This document shows positions 42,658 through 55,566 of a stretch of 64,000 nt of DNA, one piece after another. The translations under genes were made by a program, and so were the position numbers. The notes beneath the pieces are model-generated. The model did no database searches, had not been told where the DNA came from, and saw nothing but the letters and a program-made list of their open reading frames with translations. The first letter of the stretch is position 1, and each line of letters starts with the position of its first letter. This DNA is from Octopus vulgaris (lineage: Eukaryota): contig OX597840.1 in NCBI GenBank assembly GCA_951406725.2, positions 9,982,001 to 10,046,000 on the forward strand. The letters are read 5' to 3'.

Positions 42658-43202
42658 TGGAGGTGCGCAGTGGTTAGGGCAGCGGACTCGCGGTCGTAGG
42701 ATCGCGGTTTCGATTCCCAGACCGGGCGTTGTGAGTGTTTATTGAGCGAAAATACCTAAAAGCTCCACGAGGCTCTGGCAGGGGATGGTGGTGATCCCTG
42801 CTGTACTCTTTCACCTGTGGAGGCGCAATGGCCCAGTGGTTAGGGCAGCCGACTCGCGGTCATAAGATCGCGGTTTCGATTCCCAAACCGGGCGTTGTGA
42901 GTGTTTATTGAGCGAAAATACCTAAAAAAGCTCCACGAGGCTCCGGCAGGGGATGGTGGTGATCCCTGCCTGTACTCTTTCACCACAACTTTCTCTCACT
43001 CTTACTTCCTGTTTCTGTTGTACCTGTATTTCAAAGGGCCGGCCTTGTCACTCTCTGTGTCACGCTGAATATCCCCGAGAACTACGTCAAGGGTACACGT
43101 GTCTGTGGAGTGCTCATCCACTTACACGTTAATTTCACGAGCAGGCTGTTCCGTTGATTCGGATCAACTGGAACCCTCGTCGTCGTAACCGACGGAGTGC
43201 TT
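42658..43202 (+). mobile_element. SINE family C, tandem (partial 42658-42815 plus full 42818-43202)
   Basis: Two consecutive tRNA-like heads and a 3' end GAACCCTCGTCGTCGTAACCGACGGAGTGC. Confidence 0.85.
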
Positions 43203-43239
43203 CCATATCCACAAGATGCAAGTAAAACTAGTTTGGAGG

Positions 43240-43860
43240 CTACGTATGTCTGAAGTACCAGCTTGTAAATTAGAGCAAATTATAAGACGTTCCGGAAAAT
43301 CGGTGCTGTAACCGGAAAATCGGTGCTGTAACCGTAACACTAGTCTGGAAGAAAATTAACCGACAACGAACCAGCAGACATTCGTGTAATAAACTCGGTA
43401 TCCGGTGCCAATTCTAATGCTAATATTAGCTCGAAGACGAGGCAATGATCTACGAAAGACAACCTCCTACGTTGCAATATCTGTTCGATAAGAACATACT
43501 ATTTTTGGTTGAATAGAAGCGAGACGTACCTTTTTCATAATACGGTTTAACTACCATGAAATTAATGGACAAACACAAAGAATCTATTGTTAGTTAAACA
43601 GACATTTATGTTTGGAAATTTCACGTTACCAGTTCTACAAGAAAATGGAGTGACAGAGAAATCTTGGCGACGCAACTGCTTAGAAGATACAAGTAATACA
43701 ATTTACTATGGAGAAATGGCAACTGATTCGCTGCAAGGTATTTTGGACTAATTCCAACTGGGGGAAAATGAAAGGCGATTGAAGGAGAATAAAAGAACGG
43801 CTTGAGCAAGTAGTGAAACCAAAAATACAATACTGGAACAATATTGGCGCAAAGTCTACA
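43240..43860 (+). pseudogene. Highly degenerate Tc1/mariner-type transposase remnant
   Basis: Scattered motif-like translations in plausible order (FRKIGAV, NGQTQ.., DATA, WGKMK) with many stops. Confidence 0.35.
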
Positions 43861-43935
43861 TTAATAAACTTCTTTGTGTGTCCATAAATGAATAAGTGTA
43901 AACACGCACGTAGACACGCACATGTATATACATGC

Positions 43936-43970
<35 letters not shown>

Positions 43971-44277
43971 TGTATGTATGTATGTATGTATGTATGTATG
44001 TATGTATATGTGTGTATGTATGTATGTATGTATGTATGTATGTATGTATATGTGTGTATGTATGTATGTATGTATGTATGTATGTATGTATGTATGTGTA
44101 TGTATGTATGTATGTATGTATGTATGTATGTGTATGTATGTATGTATGTATATGTGTATGTATGTATGTATGTATGTATATATATATATATACACATATA
44201 TATATATATATACACATACATACATTTCCATTTTGTCTGCTAAAGTATAATACGGGTTGAAAGACAAATGTATATAC

Positions 44278-44327
<50 letters not shown>

Positions 44328-44375
44328 GTATATATATATATATACATATAATCAATATAAACAGCAGTATGCAAT

Positions 44376-44413
<38 letters not shown>

Positions 44414-44614
44414 GTATATATAAATCTATATGCACATATGTATATATGTATATATATATATACACATATATATGCATATATATGCATATATGTATATATA
44501 TATATATATATATACATATACATACACACACACGCGTGCACACACAAATGCACACACACACAATTATATATAAGTAATACCTACATATATAAACATACAC
44601 ACACATATACATAT

Positions 44615-44750
44615 AGGTGCAGGAGTGACTGTGTGGTAAGCAGGTTGCTTACCAGTCACATGATTCCGGGTTCAGTCCCACTGTGTGGCACCTTGGGCAA
44701 GTGTCTTCTACAATAGCCTCATGCCGACCAAAGCCTTGTGAGTGGATTTG
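44615..44750 (+). mobile_element. SINE family A, 5' part
   Basis: Family A head truncated at GAGTGGATTTGG. Confidence 0.85.
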
Positions 44751-44968
44751 GGAGCACCTTTAGCCTTCACACAGGACCCCGAATGGCCTCCGCAGATAGC
44801 TGTGGAGGCCGTGGCGTTCGACGTGACGCTTGGGCTGAAGGAGCTCAATGAAGATTATAACTTGGTCCCGGGCGACGCTAACTCGGAACTTGATTACGTT
44901 CTGAGGGAGGCGTGGTGGATGGTGGAGGGCGCGGGCACAAGTTATTTCGAGGACGATATGTAATTATT

Positions 44969-45153
44969 GAACTGTTATTATTAGTAATGGACTGTTAAGT
45001 CCAAAAATTGAAAAAATTGTAAGAGGTTTAATACCTCGTTTTGTGTTTATCTTCAAAAAGAACTGTTATTATTAGTAATGGACTGCTAAGTCCAAAAATT
45101 GAAAAAATTGTAAGAGGTTTAATACCTCGTTTTGTGTTTATCTTCAAAAAGAA
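44969..45153. repeat. 92-bp tandem duplication
   Basis: GAACTGTTATTATTAGTAATGGACTG..TTTATCTTCAAAAA occurs twice. Confidence 0.9.
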
Positions 45154-45310
45154 CAATGTTTTAGAGAAGCAAAAGTCGGCGGGCGCTTTTTGTCTTCTCC
45201 CATCCCCATCATCTTTCTTTCATTATCATTCACCTCATTAATGTCCTCGTCCAGCCTGCAAAGCTAACTTACTCTGTGTACTGCCTTTATGGCAAATGTT
45301 TTGAAATAAA

Positions 45311-45702
45311 GTAGCTTGCTAACCAACTACATGGTTCTGGGTTCAGTCCCACTGCGTGGCATCTTGGGCAAGTGTCTTCTGCTATAGCCTAACACCGACC
45401 AATGCCTTGTGAGTGGATTTGGTAAACGGAAACTGAAAGAAGCCTGTCGTATATATGTGTATATATATATATATATATATGTATGTGTTTGTGTGTCTGT
45501 GTTTGTCCCCCTAGCATTGCTTGACAACTGATGCTGGTGTGTTTACGTCCCCGTCACTTAGCGGTTCGACAAAAGAGACCAATAGAATAAGTACTGGGCT
45601 TACAAAGAATAAGTCCTGGGGTCGATTTGCTCGGCTAAAGGCGGTGCTCCAGCATGGCCGCAGTCAAATGACTGAAACATGTAAAAGAGTAAAAAGAGTA
45701 AA
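45311..45702 (+). mobile_element. SINE family A (5'-truncated)
   Basis: Match to family A. Confidence 0.9.
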
Positions 45703-47020
45703 ATTCAAATAACATCGAAAAAAGGATTAAATAAATATTTTTCAAAAAAAAAAAAAAGAAAAAAAGAGAAACGAACAAATTTACCTGACAACACGATATA
45801 TGATTTTAAAAGAAATCAGTTTTTAACAAAAATTTTTCAAATCCATAATATTTCTAAAAAAACTGTCTGTGTTTGATTTGAAATCATTTTCTGCATTTAA
45901 AAAAAAACCCCAAAAACAAACTATAAATCAACAACTACGTTTTAAAATTCTTGTTTATCAAATCAAAATCTATTCAAATTTCAAAAACTAAAGACAGGTG
46001 CTGTAGAGAAAGAAGAGAGACATAGACTTCCTCCTATAAAACACTTCAGTAAAAATATTTTTCGGGTTAATTCAAAAAACATCGAAGAAGCATTAAAATG
46101 AATATTAGAAAACGAAAAGAAAAGGAAAGTGAACGAATTTACCTGACAACACGATACATGATTTAAAAAGAATTCTGTTTTTATCAAAGATATTTTAAAT
46201 CCATAATCTTTCTAAAAAATGCCTGGGTTTGATTCTAAATGAATTTTGCATAAAAATAAAACTATAAAACAGCAACTACGTTTTAATATTCATGTATATC
46301 GAGCTAAGAACTATTCAGATTTCTAAAACTAAAGAGAAAAGATGTAGAGAAAGAACAGTGCCACAACCCTCCCACCGTAAAACATTTCGGTAAAAATAAT
46401 TTTCGGCTTAATTTAAATATCATCAAAGAAGCATTAAAATGAATATTTAAAAAAAAAAGGAAAACGAACGAATTTATCTGACAGCACGATACACGATTTA
46501 AAAAGAATTCTGTTTTTATCAAAGATATTTTAAATCCATAATATTTCTTTAAAATGCCTGGGTTTGATTCTAAATGATTTTTGCATAAAAATAAAACTAT
46601 AAAACAGCAACTACGTTTTAAAATTCATGTATATTCAGATTTCTAAAACTAAAGAGAAAAGATGTAGAGAAAGAACAGTGCCACAACCCTCCCACCGTAA
46701 AACATTTCGGTAAAAATAATTTTCGGCTTAATTCGAATAACATCGAAGAAGCATTAAAATGAATATTAAAAAAAAAATCGAGAAACGAACGAATTTATCT
46801 GACAACACGATATAAGATTTTTTTAAAAATTCTGTCTTTAACAAAAATATTTTAAGTCCATAATATTTCTCCCCCCCCCCCAAATACCTGTTTCTGATTC
46901 TCAATCTTTTTCTGCATAAAAAAAACAAACAAAATAACAAAACAAAAAAGCTCCAAAAAACAACCGAAAAAGCAAAAAAAAAAAAAAACTATTTGCGTTT
47001 TTAAATTTCAATTTTTATCA
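45700..47020. repeat. AT-rich tandem repeat, about 320-370 bp unit, about 3.7 copies
   Basis: The motif AACATCGAAGAAGCATTAAAATGAATATT..AACGAATTTA(C/T)CTGACAACACGATA recurs near 45710, 46078, 46420 and 46740. Confidence 0.85.
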
Positions 47021-47060
47021 AAGTAAAAGTTGTTTCTTCTTCGCTCCAAAAATACGATGG

Positions 47061-47483
47061 TTACTCTTTTGCTCTTTTACTTGTTTCAGTCATTTGACTG
47101 CGGCCATGCTGGAGCACCGCCTTTAGTCGAGCAACACGACCCCGGGACTTATTCCTTTTGTAAGCCCAGTACTTATTCTATCGGTCTCTTTTTGCCGAAC
47201 CGCTAATTGACGGAGACGTAAACACACCAGCATCGGTTGTCAAGCAATGCTAGGGGAAAAAACACAGACACACAAACACACACACACATACTTACATATA
47301 TATATATATACATATATACGACAGGCTTCTTTCAGTTTCCATCTACCAAATCCACTCACAAGGCATTGGTCGGCCCGGGGCTATAGCAGAAGACACTTGC
47401 CCAAGATGCCACGCAGTGGGACTGAACCCGGAACCATGTGGTTGGTTAGCAAGCTACTTACCACACAGCCGCTCCTGCGCCTA
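47061..47483 (-). mobile_element. SINE family A, full length
   Basis: Reverse complement of family A. Confidence 0.9.
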
Positions 47484-48029
47484 TAAACAAGGTATTCAAT
47501 AAATATGCGCATAATTCTTCAACTCTCAATAAGTTCAAGTTATCTATGGAAGACTTACTATTCATATTCTTATCTCTTCGCCAAATTCTTCTATGAATAC
47601 TTATGTATTGTCTCCAAATTCTGTTATGGATTTCGTAGCGTTATTTATACCACAATATATTCAATCTTCATCGATAACAAACACCCCACTTTTCCCTCTC
47701 TCTATCTCTCTCCTCCCCCGTACACCATATCAATTATAATTCTCAAAGTGTTGATAATCTCCATAAGCTTAATAACTTTTTCCTCCAATCATATTTTGTT
47801 ATTATGACTGCTGCTACTACTACTGCGGCTGCTGCTACTACTGCCGATGGGGTTGGCTGCCATTTTTCGAAAAACTTTTATTCAGATAATTTCTCGTTTC
47901 CCGCTTGGTATCAGTAAACAAAACCATATTTTTGTACACCGCAATATGAAGATAGAATTGAAGACATAGAAATAATGAACAAAATGATTAAATGAATACA
48001 CGCAACGCCATTGCTAGCAACGTGACGCT

Positions 48030-48096
<67 letters not shown>

Positions 48097-48516
48097 GATA
48101 TTACCACTGCCACTGCCGATAATAGTAATAATAATAATAATAATAATGATAATAATAACAATAATAATAATAGTAATAATAATAATAATAACAACAACAA
48201 TAAAAATTATAAAATAATAATAATAATAGTAATAACAACAATGATAATAATAACAATAATAATTATAATAACAATAATAATTATAATAGTAGTAATAATA
48301 ATGATAATAATAATAATAATAACAATTACAATAATAATAGTAATAATAATAACAATGATAATAATAACAATAATTATAATAATAGTAATACTAATCATAA
48401 TAATAACAACAATAATAATAACTATAATAATTGTAATAATAATAATAATAATAACAACAATAATAATAATAATAGTAATAACAATAATAATAATAATAAT
48501 AATGATAATAATAATG

Positions 48517-48589
<73 letters not shown>

Positions 48590-48600
48590 TAATAATAATG

Positions 48601-48670
<70 letters not shown>

Positions 48671-48681
48671 TAATAATAATG

Positions 48682-48745
<64 letters not shown>

Positions 48746-48775
48746 TAATAATAATGAAAATAATAATAATAATTT
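48030..48775. repeat. (ACT)n/(AAT)n compound trinucleotide microsatellite
   Basis: Direct inspection. Confidence 0.95.
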
Positions 48776-50049
48776 CATTTAATTGCCACCAGAGTGAAGG
48801 ATGAGGGGGGGGGGGGCAATATAAAGACAGTCATAAAATGTGGGTGTTTACATATAATGCAGTGATAAAATAAAGAAGGAAAGAAGTGAGTTATATAGGG
48901 TATACAATGAAAAGGAAAGGAAATTTACATAATATACAAAGATTAACAAAACAAAAAAAGGCGGGGCGATGATAGAGAGGTAGTCTTCTTGATACAGGAT
49001 GACCTCTAGGGATACTCACGGAGCACCACTGCCCGCGATCTTCCTGGACACCAAGGACAAGTGCCTTCTCCAGTTCTCTTTCTCCGACACACAGGATTAC
49101 ACTTAGCGAGGTACTAAGCACACTTGCCATTTTCGCAACTTTCACACATTCATATATACATACGCACATACATTCATATAAACATACATACATACATACA
49201 TACATACATAGATGCATACATACATTCAAATATACATACGTACATACATACATACATTCATATATACATTCATATATACATTCATATATACATACGTACA
49301 TACATACATACATACATACATAAATACATACATACATACATGCATTCATATATACATACGTACATACATACATACATTCACATATACATTCATATATACA
49401 TACATACATACATTCATACATACATTCATATATACATACATACATTCATACATACATTCATATATACATTCATATATACATACATACACACATACATACT
49501 TACATACATAAATACATACATACACACATATATACATACATATATACATACATACATACATACATACATAGATACACACATACATACATACATACATTCA
49601 TACATACATACATACATACACACATACATACATACATACTTACATACATAAATACATACATACACACATACATACATACACACATACATACATACATTCA
49701 TACATACATACATACATACACACATACATACATACATACTTACGTACATACATACATACATACACACATACATACATACACACATACATACATACACACA
49801 TACACACATACATACATACATACATACATACATACATACACACATACATACATACAAACATACATACATTCATATATACATTCATATATACATACGTACG
49901 TAATACAAAAAATACACTGTTCATGTTGAAATTCCAGTGAATTCCAATAAAACCGGCTCCTCTATTGGCATGAACTCTTGAAATAAAACTAAATACATAC
50001 ATACATATATATACATACATACATTTATATATATGTATATATATATATA

Positions 50050-50097
<48 letters not shown>

Positions 50098-50428
50098 ATA
50101 TATTAGAAAACAACCCACCTTTTATCAATTCAATAATGAAAAAATTAAATTATATTATTTAGAAAAATTACATCTTATGGAAATATTAAATATAAGATAA
50201 AACATAAATCAATGATTAAATAATGTGCAATGTATATATATATATATATATATATATGTAAATGTATGAATGAATTTTCCTTTGTTTACAGTTAACACGG
50301 AAAATTCAATAAACAGTTACCAGGGTAGCAAAATTCACGCAAATAACAAGGATGTAGCGACATATTCAAAGGTAAGGTAGAAACTCCGGTTTAATGTGCA
50401 GTAATTTGTATAGTATAACAAAATAAAT

Positions 50429-50490
50429 GGAGTTGAACGCAGATGTTATTTAAATTCTTTTGAATTTGAATAACATCTGCGTTTAACTCC
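50429..50490 (+). other. 29-bp hairpin with a 4-nt loop
   Basis: GGAGTTGAACGCAGATGTTATTTAAATTC-TTTT-GAATTTGAATAACATCTGCGTTTAACTCC with 27 Watson-Crick and 2 G-U pairs. Confidence 0.85.
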
Positions 50491-50515
50491 TTATAGTTAC
50501 TTACTTATATATATA

Positions 50516-51956
50516 TCGAATCCGAAAGGATGAAAGGCAAAGTCGACCTCGGCAGAATTTGAACTCAGAACGTAGCAGCAAACGAAATACCTATTTCTTT
50601 ACTACCCACGAGGGGCTAAACATACAGGGGACAAACAAGGACACACAAACGGATGAAGTCGATTATATCGACCCCAGTGCGTAACAGGTACTTATTTAAT
50701 CGACCCCGAAAGGAGGAAAGGCAAAGTCGACCTCGGCGGAATTTGAACTCAGAACGTAACGGCAGACGAAATACCTATTTCTTTACTACCCACAAGGGGC
50801 TAAACACAGAAGGGACAAACAAGGACAGACAAACGGATTAAGTAGATTATATCGACACGTAGCGGTAGACGACATATCTGGTACTTATTTAATCGACCCC
50901 GAATGGAGGAAAGGCAAAGTCGACCTCGGCGGGATTTGAACTTAGAACGTAACGGCAGACGAAATACCTATTTCTTTACTACCCACAAGGGGCTAAACAT
51001 ACAGGGGACAAACAAGGACAGACAAACGGATGAAGTCGATTACATCGACCCCAGTGCGTAACAGGTGCTTATTTAATCGACCCCCGAAAAGATGAAAGGC
51101 AAAATCGACCTCGGTGGAATTTGAACTCAGAACGTAACAGCAGACGAAATACCTATTTCTTTACTACCCACAAGGGGCGAAACACAGAAGGGACAAACAA
51201 GGACAGACAAACGGATGAAGTCGATTATATCGACCCCAGTGCGTAACTGGTACTTAATTTATCGACCCCGAAAGGATGAAAGGCAAAGTCGACCTCGGCG
51301 GAATTTGAACTCAGAACGTAACGGCAGACGAAATACCTATTTCTTTACTACTCACAAGGGACTAAACATACAGGGGACAAACAAGGACAGACAAACGGAT
51401 TAAGTCGATTATATCGACCCTAGTACGTAACTGGTACTTAATTTATCGACCCCGAAAGGATGAAAGGCAAAGTCGACCTCGGCGAAATTTGAACTCACAA
51501 CGTAACGGCAGACGAAATACCTATTTCTTTACTACCCACAAGGGGCTAAACACAGAGGGGACAAACAAGGACAGACAAACAGATTAAGTCGATTATATCG
51601 ATTATATCGACCCCAGTGCGTAACTGGTGCTTAATTTATCGACCCCGAAAGGATGAAAGGCAAAGTCGACCTCGGCGGAATTTGAACTCAGAACGTAACG
51701 GCAGACGAAATACCTATTTCTTTACTACCCACAAGGGGCTAAACACAGAAGGGACAAACAAGGACAGACAAACAGATTAAGTCGATTATATCGATTATAT
51801 CGACCCCAGTGCGTAACTGGTACTTAATTTATCGACCCCGAAAAGATGAAAGGCAAAGTCGACCTCGGCAGAATTTGAACTCAGAACATAACGGCAGACG
51901 AAATACCGCTAAGCATTTCGCCCGGCGCGCTAACGTTTCTGCCAGCTCGCCGCCTT
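50516..51956 (-). mobile_element. SINE family B tandem array (about 7.5-8 units, single head at 51900-51956)
   Basis: Seven unit junctions TATTTCTTTACT spaced about 184-193 bp apart. Confidence 0.92.
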
Positions 51957-52315
51957 AAACAACAGTATATCTGTCATAAAGAAATTAGTACTATTGTACC
52001 AACGTTTGGAATCGATTACTCCAGATGACATATATTTTTCTCCCAAAGTCAACAAAATTCTTGCAGGGAGTAAAAATGGCGGAGATGAGTCAGGAGAAAG
52101 TAAGACAATTTGAAATTAGTTTCATTCAACATTTAATTACCATTTATTTGTGTTTCTCTTTAGTGAAGAGTTCCAGTTCTTTGAAAATGATAAGCAGCGA
52201 AATTATTGGGAGAGATTTAAATATATAATAGGAAGATGATTTAGAAATTAGCGATGGAGAATGGTCCGCAAAAAGCGCGCATACATATATGCATGTGTTT
52301 GTTTCTAGGCGCATT

Positions 52316-52376
<61 letters not shown>

Positions 52377-52707
52377 CACACACACATACACACACATACA
52401 CACACTCACACAATATATATATATATATATATACATACACACACACGCTCACATATATGAGTATATATATATACATCGATATATAGATCTATTCTCATGT
52501 ATGTATGTGTGTGTATGTATATCTGTCTTATATATATGTACATATGTATGTATATATGTATTAATATGCATGTACATGTATATATGAATATATATGTGTA
52601 TGTATGTATATATATATATATACATATATATATTTGTATATGCATTTTCATTATATATATATACATATACATACATGCATATATATATGGGTTGATATAA
52701 GTATCCA

Positions 52708-52774
<67 letters not shown>

Positions 52775-52793
52775 TTTTCTATCTATTTAGCAG

Positions 52794-52838
<45 letters not shown>

Positions 52839-52845
52839 TTTTCTG

Positions 52846-52926
<81 letters not shown>

Positions 52927-53865
52927 GCATATTTGAATAATATTTATACACACACATTTATATACATATATGTACATAAATAGATTCGTATATCCATAGC
53001 CACATCTACATTTGTATATACATTTTCATACATACATACATAATACATACATACATACATACATACATACTTACATATATATATATATGTATATATGTAT
53101 TTATGTATGTATGTATATGTATGTGTGTGTGTGTATACGTACATGTTTGTATACATAGATGTACACAAATATATAAAAATATATGTCTAAATCAACATGT
53201 GCAGATCTATATATGAATGTCTATATTTCATGTATATGTATACATGCATGTATGTATGTATGTATGTATGTATGTATGTATGTATGTATGTATCTATGTA
53301 TGTGTGTGTGTATGTATAGGAATATATATGTGTGTATAGACCCCTTCCCCACACCCTTACATATAGAAAGAGAGCGTTCAGAAACCGAAATCTTTAATAG
53401 TTTACAACGCAGAAAAGAATGTTTTCTGAATTTCCTATTTTAAATGAGAACAAAATTACTTCGGAAAGATATCGGTTTTTCTCATCTTCTGGATCATTGG
53501 AATAACGAGGAGAATTCGTTAAAGAAAATGACACTTGAGTTGCAATTTAGTTGTAACCCCCCCCCCACACACACACCCACACATACACATGCGCACGCAC
53601 ACATATACACAAACACACACATATATATATATATATATCTAAAATCATTACTCATCAAAGAACGTTATAAATATATACTTATAGTATAGAAAACGGATTG
53701 CGACTGAGACTGTGTCCTCATGAAGCTCTTCTGCGAATACCGGCTAACAATTCTATACATGCAGATGCTTTATCTTTATGAAGAAAAACTACGCATGCGT
53801 GTTGGAATTCCTGGTCCACTATATTAGTCGCAGAGTGTAGATTAAATAACGTATATATATGTATG

Positions 53866-53938
<73 letters not shown>

Positions 53939-53939
<1 letters not shown>

Positions 53940-54178
53940 TGTAAGTGAAATATGTGACAATTATTCGGTAGCCATGATAGAATTCCGAGTTTCTGATGCC
54001 GAGGTAGACATCCACAACACCATCTCTTCAGTGACTCGGCTATCAGAAAACTGCTATAAAAAAACTGTTATCCGATGACCGGATAACTGAAGAGATGGCG
54101 GCGTGGATTTCCCCCTCGGTATCCGAAACTCGGAGTTTTATCTTGGCTACAGAATAATTGTCACATATTACATTTACA
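53939..54178. repeat. Fold-back inverted repeat (about 105-bp arms) with hammerhead-like motifs
   Basis: 53939-54045 pairs with 54070-54178 and begins immediately after a long (TA)n. Confidence 0.85.
54079..54146 (+). ncRNA. Type-I hammerhead-like motif (family HH4)
   Basis: CCGGATAA-CTGAAGA-GATG..TATC-C-GAAA-CTCGGAG-T-T-TTATCTTGG with a canonical CUGAAGA core. A degenerate partner lies on the - strand at about 53972-54039. Confidence 0.65.
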
Positions 54179-54604
54179 GATAAATTCCTCTATTTACATA
54201 ATATCGAGGTCTCTTTCTTTCTTTTGTTGTTTACCATTTTTATCAATATATGTATATATAATTTTGTCTGGGGAGAGTCATTCTGTTTTAAATATGCTTC
54301 AACACACGAACTAACAGAAAGTATCTTGCAAACCAAATGCAATGACGAAATGTATACAGAGTAGGTCTCACACTCCTTTCCAATATCTGGCGTGGTACGA
54401 GCTGTTGCTTGGCATTAAACTGGGTGATAAGCTAGTATGTGAAATACGAACCACGTAATAGTATTAATAAAATACAGAAAACAGGTATGGTATCGTAAGC
54501 TTTATAAAACACACGCGTTTCGCAAAGTAACTGTTAGGATTACATATCTGTATAATCTTGTTATACACCTCTTCAGGGTCAAGCAAACTTCTGAAGGCCT
54601 TGCC

Positions 54605-54895
54605 GTCCCCCAGTGAAACGTTCTCTGTCTCCAGCCTTACTGCATCGGCCGCTAACCCGGGTATCAGCGCCCATAACACAGAGGAAAGAAAAATTAAGAT
54701 TTAATAAATATAGGGGCCTAACTGGCTACTATCAGTTTGTGGCGGTCGCTGACGTAACGTCAGCATTTCACGGACTCGGTACAACTGATTTTCTCAGCAA
54801 AATAGGGATAAGGGCAACACAGCTGAGAAATGAACCCCGCTAGGTGGAATAGCCGCTGCAACGAGTATTCCTGGCCATCGTGGTCATGACCACCG
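54605..54895 (+). pseudogene. CRE-like non-LTR retrotransposon fragment (restriction-like endonuclease C-terminus)
   Basis: SETFSVSSLTASAANPGISAHNTEERK..KYRGLTGYYQFVAVA..TDFLSKIGIRATQLRNEPR...LQRVFLAI resembles the CRE pattern DT.A......A...AE..K..KY..L...Y.F.P.A.ET.G...FL..LG.R......R....L.QR.S.A. Confidence 0.6.
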
Positions 54896-54898
54896 GGC

Positions 54899-55150
54899 GC
54901 AGCCGAGTACAGCCGAGCACAGCCGAGCACAGCCGAGCAAATCCAAGCACAGCCGAGTACATCCGAGAACATCCGAGCACAGCCAAGCACAGCCGAGCAC
55001 AGCCGAGAACATCCGAGCACAGCCAAGCACAGCCGAGAACATCCGAGCACAGCCAAGCACAGCCGAGCACATCCGAGCACAGCCGAGAACATCCGAGCAC
55101 AGCCAAGCACAACCGAGCACAGCCGAAAACATCCGAGCACATCCGAGCAC
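54899..55150. repeat. GC-rich decamer minisatellite (CAGCCGAGCA / CATCCGAGCA / CAGCCAAGCA variants) with 30-bp higher-order period
   Basis: About 25 tandem 10-bp units. Confidence 0.92.
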
Positions 55151-55393
55151 GTCATAACTTAAAATCTGTGCCGCCCCAGCCTCCCCTCCTACTTCATCTT
55201 CTGCTGCTTTAGCTCCCACTTTTTTTCTTTCTTTTCCTTTTCCTTCATCTTGTTCTTTCGGTTTTTTTTGTAGCTAAATGTCATAAACTAAATAAAATAC
55301 GATCGGTTCTGTAACTGACGGAAGAAAAAAAAAATCACAAACGCTTACAGGCAGAGACAACTCAATCAAACGACTCCAGAGAGCAACATCACG

Positions 55394-55436
<43 letters not shown>

Positions 55437-55521
55437 TGTGCGCGTGTGTGTGTGTGTGTGTGCGTGTGTGTCTGTATGCGTGTGTGTGTGTACATACATA
55501 TATGCAAACATACATACATAC

Positions 55522-55566
<45 letters not shown>

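Noticed and set aside
42818-42895. tRNA gene
   Set aside because: The A/B boxes continue into a SINE body present in several copies, with no clean acceptor stem or terminator.
47992-48804. 270-aa poly-Thr/Asn/Ile ORF
   Set aside because: It is a translation of the (ACT)n/(AAT)n microsatellite.
50516-51956. SINE B arrays as CRISPR or as a repeated protein (KSIISTPVRNWYL...)
   Set aside because: There are no spacers, and the short ORFs are incidental readings of a non-coding SINE broken by stops.
54505-54580. Minus-strand CTGAAGA...GAAACGCGTG as another hammerhead
   Set aside because: There is no convincing stem I or stem II, and the cleavage position is G.
54760-55219. Cys-rich repetitive ORFs (CSAVLGCARL)n
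   Set aside because: These are translations of the decamer minisatellite, open in several frames on both strands.
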